DNA of 64,000 nt from positions 98,456,001 to 98,520,000 of the forward strand of contig NC_043003.1 of NCBI RefSeq assembly GCF_006345805.1, in the 5' to 3' direction. The DNA is from Octopus sinensis. Taxonomy: Eukaryota. Below the pieces are notes generated by a model. The model did not search any database, was not told where the DNA came from, and was given only the letters and a program-made list of their open reading frames with translations. Made by a program: the position numbers and the translations under genes. This document shows, in pieces, positions 51,223-63,290 of the stretch; position 1 is the first letter of the stretch; each line of letters opens with the position of its first letter.

Positions 51223-51989
51223 TATCTGTGTGTGTGTTTGTCTATGAATGTATGTATGTATACATTGGTTTCTAATTTTGACACAAGACCAAAAATTTTA
51301 GGGCTGAAATTACGTCGCCCCTTTTACTTTTAAAAGGTAAAGTTGAACTCAGAATGTGAAGACGGACAAAATGCCGCCAAGCAATTTTCACGGTGTGCAT
51401 ATTGACCACAGTTAGCAGTGAATTTCGCATGACTGTAGCAAATCCTCTAAAATACTTTCTACGTAAATATTCATATGCTACAGTCTAACACATTGCCTAT
51501 TATGTGTAGCACATGTAATTCATAGGACATTTTTTCCCCTGGCGTACTTGCTTCATATATAATATACGTTCCTAATTTCTTTCAGCCATTTTAATTTGGT
51601 ACTTATGAAAGGATTGCTTTTTATTACTCAGAAAATACAGAGCAAGGACTAAACATAAGTCTGAAAACAAGTATACGCGTTGAAGATAACAAACTCACTA
51701 AATCTATCTGGACAAGCAAAGAAGCATTTTTTGTTAGCTTTCAACGCTGTGTTCCCTTTGTTAGGTAATATACGAAGAGAGCCGGAACCTGCTAGGGCTT
51801 ATCGGGCCAAGCTGTTACACAACACAAAGCGAAAGACTTTGGAGCACTTCTCCTTACAACAGTAGTTTATGGAACTTGCTCTTGGACACACACACACACT
51901 GTCGACGGCCCGGTCAGTGCCGACCGTGGTGGCAACGGGTAACGGGGAATCACACATAGAAAATCAGGAAAAGTAATATGATAGTTATT

Positions 51990-52408
51990 GTAGGAGTGGC
52001 TGTGTGGTAAGTAGCTTGCTAACCAACCACATAATTCCGGGTTCAGTCCCACTGCGTGGCATTTTGGGCAAGTGTCTTCTGCTATAGCCTCGGGCCGACC
52101 AAAGCCTTGTGAGTGGATTTGGTAGACGGAAACTGAAAGAAGCCTGTCGTATATATGTATTTATATATATATGTATGTGTGTGTATATGTTTGTGTGTCT
52201 GAGTATGTCCCTCTAGCATTGCTTGACAACCGATGCTGGTGTGTTTACGTCCCCGTCACTTAGCGGATCGGTAAAAGAGACCGATAGAATAAGTACTGGG
52301 CTTACAAAGAATAAGTCTCGGGGGTCGATTTGCTCGACTAAAGGCGGTGCTCCAGCATGGCCGCAGTCAAATGACTGAAACAAGTGAAAGAGTAAAGAGT
52401 AAAAAGAG
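51990..52408 (+). mobile_element. SINE family B (CORE-like), near full length
   Basis: Consensus match with a GAGTAAA tail. Confidence 0.9.
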
Positions 52409-52562
52409 CTATCGCACAGACATATAGAAAGACATACATGAAGATTAATAAATAGAAACAGTCATATCTAGACACCTCATTTCGCACTCACATATATGTA
52501 TATACACAGAGATAATGATGTTAATAGATATTAACAGACAAATTACACTCACACAAACACAA

Positions 52563-52597
<35 letters not shown>

Positions 52598-52818
52598 TGG
52601 GCACCACCAGACAAACTAACAGACGCTAGCGCCCACACGAATCTTACCTATACACCTACACTGAATAACAAAAATCCCAACATACATATACAGATATAAT
52701 AGCATACACTTGAAATTACACACAAACATCTATGTAAACGCGATCACATACATACTAACAATCACATACACATTTATACACTCAGATAGACAAAAACCAT
52801 AATCAGGTACATATTTAG

Positions 52819-52905
<87 letters not shown>

Positions 52906-53010
52906 CTCTCTCCTCTCTCTCTCTTTTCTATCTATATATGTATGGTATGTATGTATGTATGTTTATGTATGTATGTATGTATGTATCTATCTATCTATCT
53001 ATCTATCCAT

Positions 53011-53042
<32 letters not shown>

Positions 53043-53098
53043 CTGTATCTATCTATTTATGTATGTATGTATGCATATATGTTATGTATGTATGTATG

Positions 53099-53139
<41 letters not shown>

Positions 53140-53148
53140 GTGTGCGTG

Positions 53149-53200
<52 letters not shown>

Positions 53201-53290
53201 CATACACATATATATAAACAAGTAGCGTGCACGCACACATGATACGCACATATATGATACGCACGTGCACATGAATGGGCAAACACACAC

Positions 53291-53328
<38 letters not shown>

Positions 53329-54250
53329 GGAAGTAGAGGTAGACGGTCTTAGATGATATTGAGATGATCCAATAGACCGTCAGTTAACCTACTACAATGA
53401 TGAATACAACCGTATGATCAAACCCTAAGTAACCAGCTAAATGTCAATCCTGAACATAACCACAAGGCTACATTTTCAAGTCGTTTTCAAGAAGGTCGGA
53501 CCACACACTTAGAGAAAACACACACACGGATATACAATACATATACCAATGCATGGTATGCACACACCGATCAACTAGAGCATTTGTATGCATGCTTGCA
53601 CATACACATACATATACAAATACATAAACATACATCCACAAGCACAGAAGTCTGTGTAGGTGCATGTATGTATGTATGTTAAGGCTTCGTTGTGTTTATA
53701 TATATAAACATACATACATGTGCAAATGTATGAATGTGTTTGTATGAATAAGCATATTGGGTGGAATCGAAAGATGCCTGTTATGCTGTTGTTTATTTAC
53801 CTACACATCCGCGCGCTCGAAACATACTCGCATGTATGTATGTCTATAGATATATACATACTTACATACATACATATATATATATATATATACACACACA
53901 GAGAAAGAGAGGGAGAAGCAGAGAAAGAGAGAGAGGGAGAGAGGAAAGAATTTACATACATATATAAGCGTATCTGTTAAGATGTATCACAAGGTAAACC
54001 TTGTGTATATACTTTACATATGAATAATGCAATACACACACACACACACACACACATACACACACACATACACACACACACACTCACACACACACACACA
54101 CACATACACACACACACAAACACAAACAATACAGACACACATATATATCGGATATATATCTGGTATATATCATATATAATATATATATTTTATCTATCTG
54201 TCTATCTATCTTCTAATCTATATTGCCATCTATCTACTCTCTACTATCTA

Positions 54251-54281
<31 letters not shown>

Positions 54282-54300
54282 CACACACACCCATATATTG

Positions 54301-54379
<79 letters not shown>

Positions 54380-54559
54380 ATATATGTGTGTGTGTATATG
54401 TATACACACACACAGACGAATGAATTATATGGTATTGCTATAATGTTTCATTAAAGGTCTTATGATATAGCATTGCAGCATCGCACATGCGGGTATGCAC
54501 GGCATGCAACATCTATAAGATTATGCAATACGTTAACTTTAATTCTCTCAACTCTTCAG

Positions 54560-54580
54560 GCGCCACTATAATGCTGATAG
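54560..54580 (+). other. Candidate 21-nt microexon of an unidentified host gene
   Basis: GTTAAC branch-like motif, TTTAATTCTCTCAACTCTTCAG|, exon GCGCCACTATAATGCTGATAG, donor AG|GTGAGT. Length is divisible by 3 and two phases are open. Confidence 0.45.
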
Positions 54581-54723
54581 GTGAGTAAATTGATATTCCG
54601 TCAGTTTAACTAGTTCAACGAATTGTTTATCTCTTGACTCGTGTCATACTGTCTCGCCATCAAGTGTGGTGTGCTTCACTTTGATAGGCCTTGATTTATT
54701 AAGTAGGTCCCCTTTATTCTATA

Positions 54724-54960
54724 CTAGCAGAGATACCCGGCGTTGTCCGTGTTACATACAATTGAAGAATTCGACTTTTCTGTTATATTTTCTCTAACGA
54801 ACTGGAATATCTATGTTTCGAATTTCATCAAATTTGCAAATGAGGGTTATTTCCCTCTTTACACCCCCACCCCACCAAATTGTAATCGTGCCACATATAT
54901 CCCACATTACTGATTTTTATGCGCATATTCCAAAATTCCAGTTTTATTGAACCTGTTAAA
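54724..54960 (-). mobile_element. Helitron 3' end, family H5 (5' boundary not resolved)
   Basis: A|CTAGCAGAGATACCCGGCGTTGTCCGTG on the plus strand. Confidence 0.55.
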
Positions 54961-56214
54961 AAGATTTTGCCCCTGAAAAATGAAGGTCATAGAGCTCTAA
55001 AATGTGAGAGATAACGCCCCTGTTGCGGGTGGCCATCTTAATGTCAACCAGAGAAGTTGAATTGTTGAGAATCTTTTTTACTTGGGTCTTATATCTATTG
55101 TTTGAATTTCTTTGAAATAGGAAATATATGTTCACTGGGTTTGTAAAAGAGAGCAAAGCTACAGGAAACAAAAAGACGAATGATCACAATAAGCAGTCAG
55201 TTACCCTACCCTAGTCGTTACCACTCCCAATGTAGGATTCCTCACCATCCAGGTGACAGGCACAACCGTAAGATGCATTACGAATCTATAGCGATTGAAA
55301 GGGCGTGACCCAACTGAAATAAACATTAGCAACTGTGTGACGTGAGGGCTAAGGAGAAATTAAAGTTGGCGTTTGCAAATGACCACTATACTGATATGTA
55401 ACTGGACAGAATAAATTTACAATCTATAAATGTCTTTGAATAACCAGTCACTCATCTGGGAAGGCCTTGAAATCAACGTTACCATGTGGGGACTATGTGT
55501 CACCGGGTGATAATAAAAAGAGTGAAAGGAGGTCTGCAATCAAATAACTTTACTCAACACTTTGCAACTGAATCAGTGGAGGCAAAGATGCCTCTCAGTT
55601 ACTTGACAACTTATGTCACAATGTCACAGAAATCACAATGTAAGTGTATGTCAAAGCAAACTATTACATAGTTGTACTATTGAATTAGAAATAATGCTCA
55701 ACTTTTATGCTCGGGTAACCCTACAGTTTCCAAGAGCACAACTGTATTCGTTTTTGCTTTGATAAAATGACAAAATTGTGGGTGTTAAGTCCCCATGGAG
55801 GGGTCTTTCTAACTTGCAAGAAGACGAAATTTTATAAATATTACTTCATTTGTGTCCTTCCGATGTAGAAGATTTAGATTTCTTAAATAGCTAAGTTTTG
55901 CGAATGTAATCAACAAATCCCAAAGGCAAATATTAATTCCAGGTAGGCTGCATCTTGAAGAACACTGCTTTAGTTTATGGAAGATATTCATGGGCTGGAA
56001 GCCTGTATAATTTTTACATTTCTCCTAAGTTGGTAAAATCAAAGTATTGCGAATCTTGGCCCGTTGATTTGACAATGTTCAGAATTCCAAATGATACGAT
56101 GAATACTGATCTAATATAATATTAACTGAGAATCATTGCGACATAAAGTTGTTGATGTCTCTTAGTTTGAGGAAGACAGTTCTGCTGAACCAACCTGGAT
56201 AAGTATTTTGTTTA

Positions 56215-56440
56215 TAGTGATCAAATGTATGTGCTGTACATTAGCTGACTCCCTTCAACAAATCGACGTTATCTGAATAAGTACCCGGTGTACCACATGT
56301 CAAGTGTTGAAGTGATCGCAGAGCAATGTGAGAGGAAGTGTTTTGCTCAAGAACACAACGTACCACCCGTTCCAGGAATTGAAATTACGATCTCGCGATC
56401 GTGAGTGCAACACCTTAACCACTAGGCCATGTGCCCTCTC
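56215..56440 (-). mobile_element. SINE family D (tRNA head, GTGTTCTTGAGCAAAACACTT body)
   Basis: Minus-strand head GGCACATGGCCTAGTGGTTAAGG and B-box-like GTAATTTCAATTCC. Confidence 0.65.
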
Positions 56441-57712
56441 GTGACATAATATATTCTATCAAAGGTGCGGAATAAAGAAGGTGGGGATTTTAAATGGAGT
56501 CACGAATTAAGTCAACCATGTAACAGGCTTCGACACAATTCCTGTGTAGGAAATTTCACTCAGAAATGAGTTCAAGCCACGGGCTTCGAGACAGCCTACG
56601 GTATTTCACTCGAAAAGTCCTTAGTAGATGCAAGCCTATAGTAGAAGACATCTGCTGACTGTGCCTTACAGCGGTCTCCATCGCAAAATCAGGCATTTGT
56701 GAAACGAACAGTCAATAAGTGACGGATTTTATTTCCCCCTTTTTTTTTTCATTTCAAGGAAAGATTCCAGTCGATCAGAGTCTGATCTGACGGAGGTGTT
56801 TATTTCAATTACTATGTCCTACTTGTATATAAAATAACATACATGGTGTATGTATATAATCAGACAGTCTGATAGGCAATCATATACATATAGACAAGTA
56901 AACAAGTAGACGAACGCGCTCGCGCGAACACACACACACAGCAGCAGCAGTGTATGTATTTTTTCTCGTTTGCAGATAATTACTGCTTATTCATATTTTA
57001 ATTATTACATATATTTTCATTGTACGTTGCTCTACTTTTCTTACGTCATTCTACAGCTTTCCTTCCATTGTTCTTACTTCCAACTAGTTTCACCGAACCA
57101 AATATTACTTCATATGCTGTATGATGGTGTAATTAGAGAAACTAGTGTTTACCGATAGCGACCATGCGTCTTTACTTTATCACATACCTGTATATCACAT
57201 CATTAAACAGAGAAAAAGAAAAGTATCAGCCGTCGAAGGAGAAAAGAGAGAATCGGAAGACTTGGAAAACAATACATAAAAGTGCATTAAATAGGAAAAT
57301 ATTACATAATATATAAAGTGTAATTTATAACATTTGATTTTATCAAACTATAAACAAAAGTGCAGTAAACGTATCCCATACATATATACATCCGACCTAG
57401 CTTTCTCCCAGTCAACTGGCCAACTTCAGTTCCGTCATTAATAAACAAACACGAACACACACACACACACACACACACATTAATACGTTTGTCTTTATAC
57501 GGAGTTATATTAAAATCAATTTTACATTAAATTAAGGGATTAATTAGTAATTTTGGGAGAGTACATATTTATACCTTTACAAGAAGAGTGCTGACAGTGA
57601 CTTCAACGTTTCGGACTGCAAGACTTCATCGGACTGAAAACTCACATTCGAACACACACACACACCACACACATATATATATACATACATACATGCATAT
57701 ATATATATATGT

Positions 57713-58120
57713 CATAGGCGTGGCTGCGTGGTAAGAAATTTGCTTCTGAACCACACCGTTGCGGGTTCAGTTCCACTGCGTGGCACTAATGGGTAAGCGT
57801 CTTCCACTGTATCATTCTGATGACCAAAGGCTTGATTTGGTAAAGGGATATGAATGTGTGTGCGCATGCGTGTGTGTGCGCGCGCGTGTATGTATACACG
57901 CGCTTGTTTTCATGCGAGCACGTGCGCGAGTGTGTTGTGTCGTTGTCTCCCACGACTGCTTGACGACCGGTATTGGTTTATTTATACCTCCTTAATCTAG
58001 TATTTCGCTCGAAGATACTGACAAAATAAGTAGCAGATTTAAAACATCGGTACTAGAGTTGATTTGTTTGACTAAACCCTTCAAGGCGGTCCTCAACGTA
58101 GCCCAATGAACGAAACAACA
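57713..58120 (+). mobile_element. SINE family B, old diverged copy
   Basis: TAGGCGTGGCTGCGTGGTAAG...GGGTTCAGTTCCACTGCGTGGCAC. Confidence 0.75.
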
Positions 58121-58288
58121 AAATGGTAAAAGACACACTCACACACACACACACACACACGAATATGCATAACTAATGAACATGTGGGATGCAGAAACAT
58201 ATGTTGTGAAGCCTTTGAATTACCATCCGCAATTTATTATCGTTATTATTATGTATATATCTATAGCTATAGCTATATTATTCATAAA

Positions 58289-58366
<78 letters not shown>

Positions 58367-58414
58367 TATATATAATAAAAAATCAGACAAGAACGCATAA
58401 CATCCGGACAACTA

Positions 58415-58840
58415 GGTTAGTTAGTTAGTTAGTTAGTTAATTTGGCTCAAAAGCAAATAGCAAGGTCATGTAGGGGGACATGGAGTTAAGTACAGGGTGG
58501 TGTTCATGTAAAAAGTTCAGGCCACTTGAGGTCCAGGGAGGCTTTGAACAAAGCGGTCGTCGGCATCTTCACCATCTCGTCTGGCAGCTTGTTCCACGGA
58601 TCCGCAACCCGGACGGAGAAAGCTCCTCTCCTTCGATTGAGATGAAATCGTCGCAGGTAGAGCTTTTCGGAATGACCCCGCAGCCGACGCTCCGGAGCAG
58701 AAGTGAAGAACAGCTCTTTCGAGAGGTTACACTTCCCGCTTATGATGTTGTGGCCGAGAATGAGATCACCACGGCGGTGGCGTTTTTCAAGAGAATAAAG
58801 GTCGAGCGTCCTCAGCTTCTCTGCGTAGGTGATACAAAAA
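58415..58840 (-). mobile_element. CR1-like LINE 3' end with (TAAC)n tail
   Basis: TYAEKLRTLDLYSLEKRHRRGDLI...RLRGHSEKL...RRRGAFSVRVADPWNKLP.EMV......FK..LD; tandem-repeat tail at 58415-58440. Confidence 0.88.
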
Positions 58841-58844
58841 GGGA

Positions 58845-59420
58845 CAACAAAACATCCAGATAGACGATACAAAGAAAATAAGGACGGGTCATTCGAAGTT
58901 TTCTATCTTCAGTCAAGAACCAGATGATTCTCGCATTTTCGGCTGATTATTCTTGAGACTGCTCCAATCTGGCCAGCCCCAAGGAAAATCTAAGCTAAGA
59001 GCATTAGATTCCTTGGAAGAGAGCATCGAATGTATACAAAAACAAGGACGGAAAAAACGGACAATGTTACATAAATATAAATCCAATAAAAAAATACAAT
59101 AAAAATAATAACAGGACATAACAACAGGTGTCTTTCGACTAAGGACGAATTGAATTAAGCTGGCGCGTGTGGAAATGAAGCCTTGCGGCAGAGATACAAA
59201 AGTTTCGCAAACACAGGGAAGAATATTGATGTTTCACGGACCATGGTTAGACCTAGAAAGAAAGATCGAGTAGTCTGGCCGATCGGTGACGTGGGAAGAG
59301 AAGAGAGAGAAGTCGAAGCAGAGGGACAGAAGTATTAAGGAGGGGCGAGAAAAATGACAGAAGAATTAGGGAGGGGCGAGAAAAAGTATTTGAACGGGAA
59401 ACATTCAATAACAGCACTCT
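58845..59420 (-). repeat. Unclassified interspersed repeat X, longer copy
   Basis: Reverse-complement homology to 4200-4570. Confidence 0.7.
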
Positions 59421-59577
59421 AGAGTAAAGATTATTTGCCAATATAATGTGGCAGACCTGATTAGGACGAATGTTACTGTTATTTAGCCCTATGAGACGAT
59501 GTTCTCTGGGGTTAAATAACAGTAACATTTGTGCTAATCAGGACTGCCACATTATGCTGCCAAATAATCTTTACTCT
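59421..59577. repeat. Long fold-back inverted repeat (~68-bp arms, about 90% complementary)
   Basis: GAGTAAAGATTATTTG...GTTACTGTTATTTAGCCC pairs with GGGGTTAAATAACAGTAAC...CAAATAATCTTTACTC. Confidence 0.9.
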
Positions 59578-59628
59578 CTCTCCCTCCCTCTCTCTCTCTC
59601 TCTGTATATATATATATATATAAATGAC

Positions 59629-59880
59629 ATGACCTCACTTACCCACCCTCCCTATTCTCCTGATCTTGCTCCATGCGATTTTTTTCAGTTCTCCCGAATG
59701 AAAAAAGGCCTTAAAGGAAAAGGTTTTCCGGATGTGGAAGGTGTGAAGAAAAAACGACGAAGGCGTGAAAACGTATCACCGATGCATTGTTTCAAATGGA
59801 GAATATTTTTAAGGCGGTAAAAGTGTACAACTAAGAGTATAAAATAACAGTGCAAAATTCCCGTTTCTTTTGGATACACC
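59629..59880 (+). mobile_element. mariner transposase C-terminal remnant
   Basis: MTSLTHPPYSPDLAPCDFFQFSRMKKGLKGKGFPDVEGVKKK (YSPDLAP motif), later RCIVSNGEYF. Confidence 0.85.
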
Positions 59881-60030
59881 GCAAAAGTAAGTCGTACAAT
59901 TTGTTCCAGTTATAATAATTATACACTACATCATACACTGGTTTCAAATTTTGCTCCTGAGTCAGTAATTTTGGAGTAGGGGATAAGTCGATAACATCGA
60001 CTCAAGTGTTCAGCTTGTACTTATTTTAGC

Positions 60031-60195
60031 GACGGGTCATTCGAAGCCTCTAATCTTCAGTCAAGAACCGGATCATCCTCGCAATTTCGGCTGATTAGAG
60101 GCTTCGAATGACCCGTCCGTTTTTTGTGTCGTCTATTTGAATGTTTTGCGTTCTTGTCCCATTTTGTATTTTTATATATATTTTTATACATATAT
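60031..60195. repeat. Repeat X fragment with an inverted 5' segment
   Basis: Perfect 25-bp inverted repeat at 60031-60055 and 60093-60117. Confidence 0.8.
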
Positions 60196-60196
60196 A

Positions 60197-60492
60197 TGGA
60201 GGCGCAATGGCCCAGTGGTTAGGGCAATGTCCTTGCGGTCGGAGGCTCGCGGTTTCGATTCCAAGGCCGCGTGTTGTGCGTGTTTATTGAGTGAAAACAC
60301 CTAAAGGCCCCACGAGGCTCCGGCAAGGGGTGTTGGCGACCTCTGTTGTACTCTTTCGCCACAACTTTCTCTCACTCTCTCTTCCTGTTTCTTGAGTAAC
60401 GCTGCGATGGACTGGCGTCCCGTCCAGCTCGAGGGAACACATACGCCACAGAAACCGGGAAACGGGGCCTATGAGCCTGGCTAGGCTTGAAA
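60197..60492 (+). mobile_element. SINE family C, fourth tail type (V-domain-like motif)
   Basis: Shared head and body, then CTGCGATGGACTGGCGTCCCGTCCAG at 60402-60427. Confidence 0.85.
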
Positions 60493-60544
60493 ATTATATA
60501 TATTGTATATATGCATACATCCCTCCATATACATATACATACAA

Positions 60545-60577
<33 letters not shown>

Positions 60578-60949
60578 AATACATACTTACAATCATTTAG
60601 ATACACGCACATACATACACACGCACACACGCATGACATTAAATGCTTATAAATTGTAATTTTGAGACCAGTGAGTTTTTCAAAGTGAAATTTAATTTCC
60701 AGTTTTTAATATACGAATGTCCATGCACTAGACCAAGTAATATTTGTGCATATGTGTGTGTATAACCGTCAATGAATGTATGCGTATCTTAAATAAATAT
60801 ATATATTTCTATCTTTTTTTTTATGGTTAAAAGTTTTTCATTGGATTTTACTTTTCAGATTCAAGTTTATGTTATTTTAATGTAATAAAAAACGACATTG
60901 AATTAAAATATAAACAACGGAATATCCTTCCTTTCTGCCTATCAATATG

Positions 60950-60954
60950 CTTTC

Positions 60955-61045
<91 letters not shown>

Positions 61046-61066
61046 TATACATACATACATATACAT

Positions 61067-61127
<61 letters not shown>

Positions 61128-61200
61128 GTATGTATATATGTATACATACATATATACACACATAGACATATATATGTATATATATACATATATATATATG
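60950..61200. repeat. Long (TA)n-dominated microsatellite, representative of dozens of TA/CA/TATG arrays
   Basis: Seen directly; similar arrays at 2900, 11400, 18880-19930, 23490-23940, 29300-29760, 37070-37500 and 52560-54410. Confidence 0.95.
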
Positions 61201-61392
61201 TGTGTGTGTATATGTGTGTATATAAATATACACAGACATACATAGATATTTATTCGTATATACATATTCATATATACATACACGCATGCACATACATCCA
61301 CACACACACATACACACACACAAGGACTTATCTTATACTTTATGTTTATCTCTTAGCGAGATGCAAAACTAAAAGCACAGAATTTAACTCAC

Positions 61393-61424
<32 letters not shown>

Positions 61425-61479
61425 TGTGTGCATGTGTTTGTATGTCTGTAGTCATGCTTGCGCGTTCATTTGTATATAC

Positions 61480-61524
<45 letters not shown>

Positions 61525-61974
61525 TATATAGATATGTATATGTCCATATACATTTACGCTCACACACACTCACACAATTACAAACAAATACAAATCATAA
61601 GGAAAACATTGTCATCCTGAGGAATATGGCGTTTAGAATGTCAGGAGGAGAGATGGCAATGCATATGTTCTTTAACATCGAACCCCTCCACACATACAGA
61701 CAGGAAATGAAAACTGTAGATTGGAGCGGATGCATCTGTGGATGTGTTGAATGACCCGGGCTTCGAAGTATCTTCGTAACCAACGCATTCGTCTTTCCCC
61801 GTGATCATCGTAATCGTCTGCTTCCTCAGCGGCTCGTCGTCACCATTGTAGTTTTCGTCGTCGTTTACATCGTCGCCGTCTTCTCGTCGCTTCTCTTGTG
61901 TCCTTCTCCGTCTCCTATTTCTCCTCCTCGGCATCACGACGACATATTGACATCATAGTTTTCTTTATTATCAA

Positions 61975-62366
61975 CTAGCAGTATCGCCCGGCGTTACTCG
62001 GGTTTGTAAGGGAAATAACTATAAAGCATTTTTAGAGAGTTATAGCCAAAAAATAGCAAAAAAATGCATTAAAAATGGAAAAAAATATGATGGTAAATTT
62101 TTTTTTAAAATCGTTGACTCATCGTAGACATTTTTAGAGAGTTACTTCCCTTTAAAAAAATGTGCATTAAAATGGAAAAAAATGATGGCAAATTATTTTT
62201 AAAATCGTAGACTCATCGTAGACGCGCGCTAATACCCAGAAGGGCTCGATATGAATCACGACTATAAGATACCCGGTTTTGGTTAAACTGCACCGCAAAA
62301 TGTGGGAGTAGTTAGGAATCTAAATCGGAGTAGACAGACACACAACCTTACTTTTATATATAAAGA
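61975..62366 (-). mobile_element. Non-autonomous Helitron H1, short variant
   Basis: A|CTAGCAGTATCGCCCGGCGTTACTCGGG ... TTTTATATATAAAGA. Confidence 0.88.
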
Positions 62367-62876
62367 CTAGCAGTATCGCCCGGCGTTGCTCGGGTTTGTA
62401 AGGGAAATAACTATATAAGCATTTTTAGATAGTTACTTCCCTTATAGATGCCAATTCGGGCTTTCTTAGCCATTTCTGTTTTGGTGTCTTCAAGCCATGA
62501 AGTCGTTGTTCTAAAAGAACGCTGGTCTTCTTGACAACGCATTACGACGTTGATTTCTTTACACTCCCTTCCCCACAGCTTCACGAGGGAGGGAAGGGGG
62601 AGAAGCAAACAGGTGCAGCTGTGAGCGTGGACGCCAACTCCGCCGCCATCGACGCACGAAAAATTATGCATTAAAATGGAATAAAAAATGATGTTAAATT
62701 ATTTTTAAAATCGTAGACTCATCGTTGACGCGCGCTAATAGCCAGACGGGCTCGATATGAATCACGACTATAAGATACCCGAATTTGGTTAAACTGCACC
62801 GCAAAATGTGGGAGGAGTTAGGAATCTAAATCGAAGGGGACAGACACTCACACAACTAGAGTTTTATATATATAGA
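62367..62876 (-). mobile_element. Non-autonomous Helitron H1, fused head-to-tail to the previous copy
   Basis: CTAG immediately follows the GA terminus of the neighbour; ends TATATATATAGA|T. Confidence 0.88.
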
Positions 62877-63069
62877 TATATCTTCATTTGTGGCCATTAT
62901 CATCACCGTCGCTGCCGCTGCCGCCGCCGCCGCCGCCGTCGTCTTCCTCGTCGTCATCCCCATCATTATCAATGGCACTATCTCTAACATGATGATGACG
63001 ACAATGATGATGATGGAAGAGAATCATCATCATCCCAAACATATTGTGACACTCTTCGTGTGACAGTAT

Positions 63070-63290
63070 CTTTTACCTTTTATATTTTACTTGATTCACT
63101 CATTTGACTGCAGCCATGCTGGGGCACCGACTTCAAGAGTTTTAGTCAAACAAATCGACTCCAGGAATTTTTTAGGCCTAGTACTTATTGTATCGGCGTC
63201 TTTTGCCGAAACACTGAGTAACAGGGACGTAAACATACAAACACGGGTTGTCATGCGGTGGTGGGTGACAAACACAGACGCATAGGCACA
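63070..63290 (-). mobile_element. SINE family B, old 3' half
   Basis: CATTTGACTGCAGCCATGCTGGGGCACC...GGACGTAAACATAC. Confidence 0.75.

Noticed and set aside
55300-56150. Possible very old LINE (APE/RT) remnant
   Set aside because: Only faint motif hints; I cannot support a call without a profile search.
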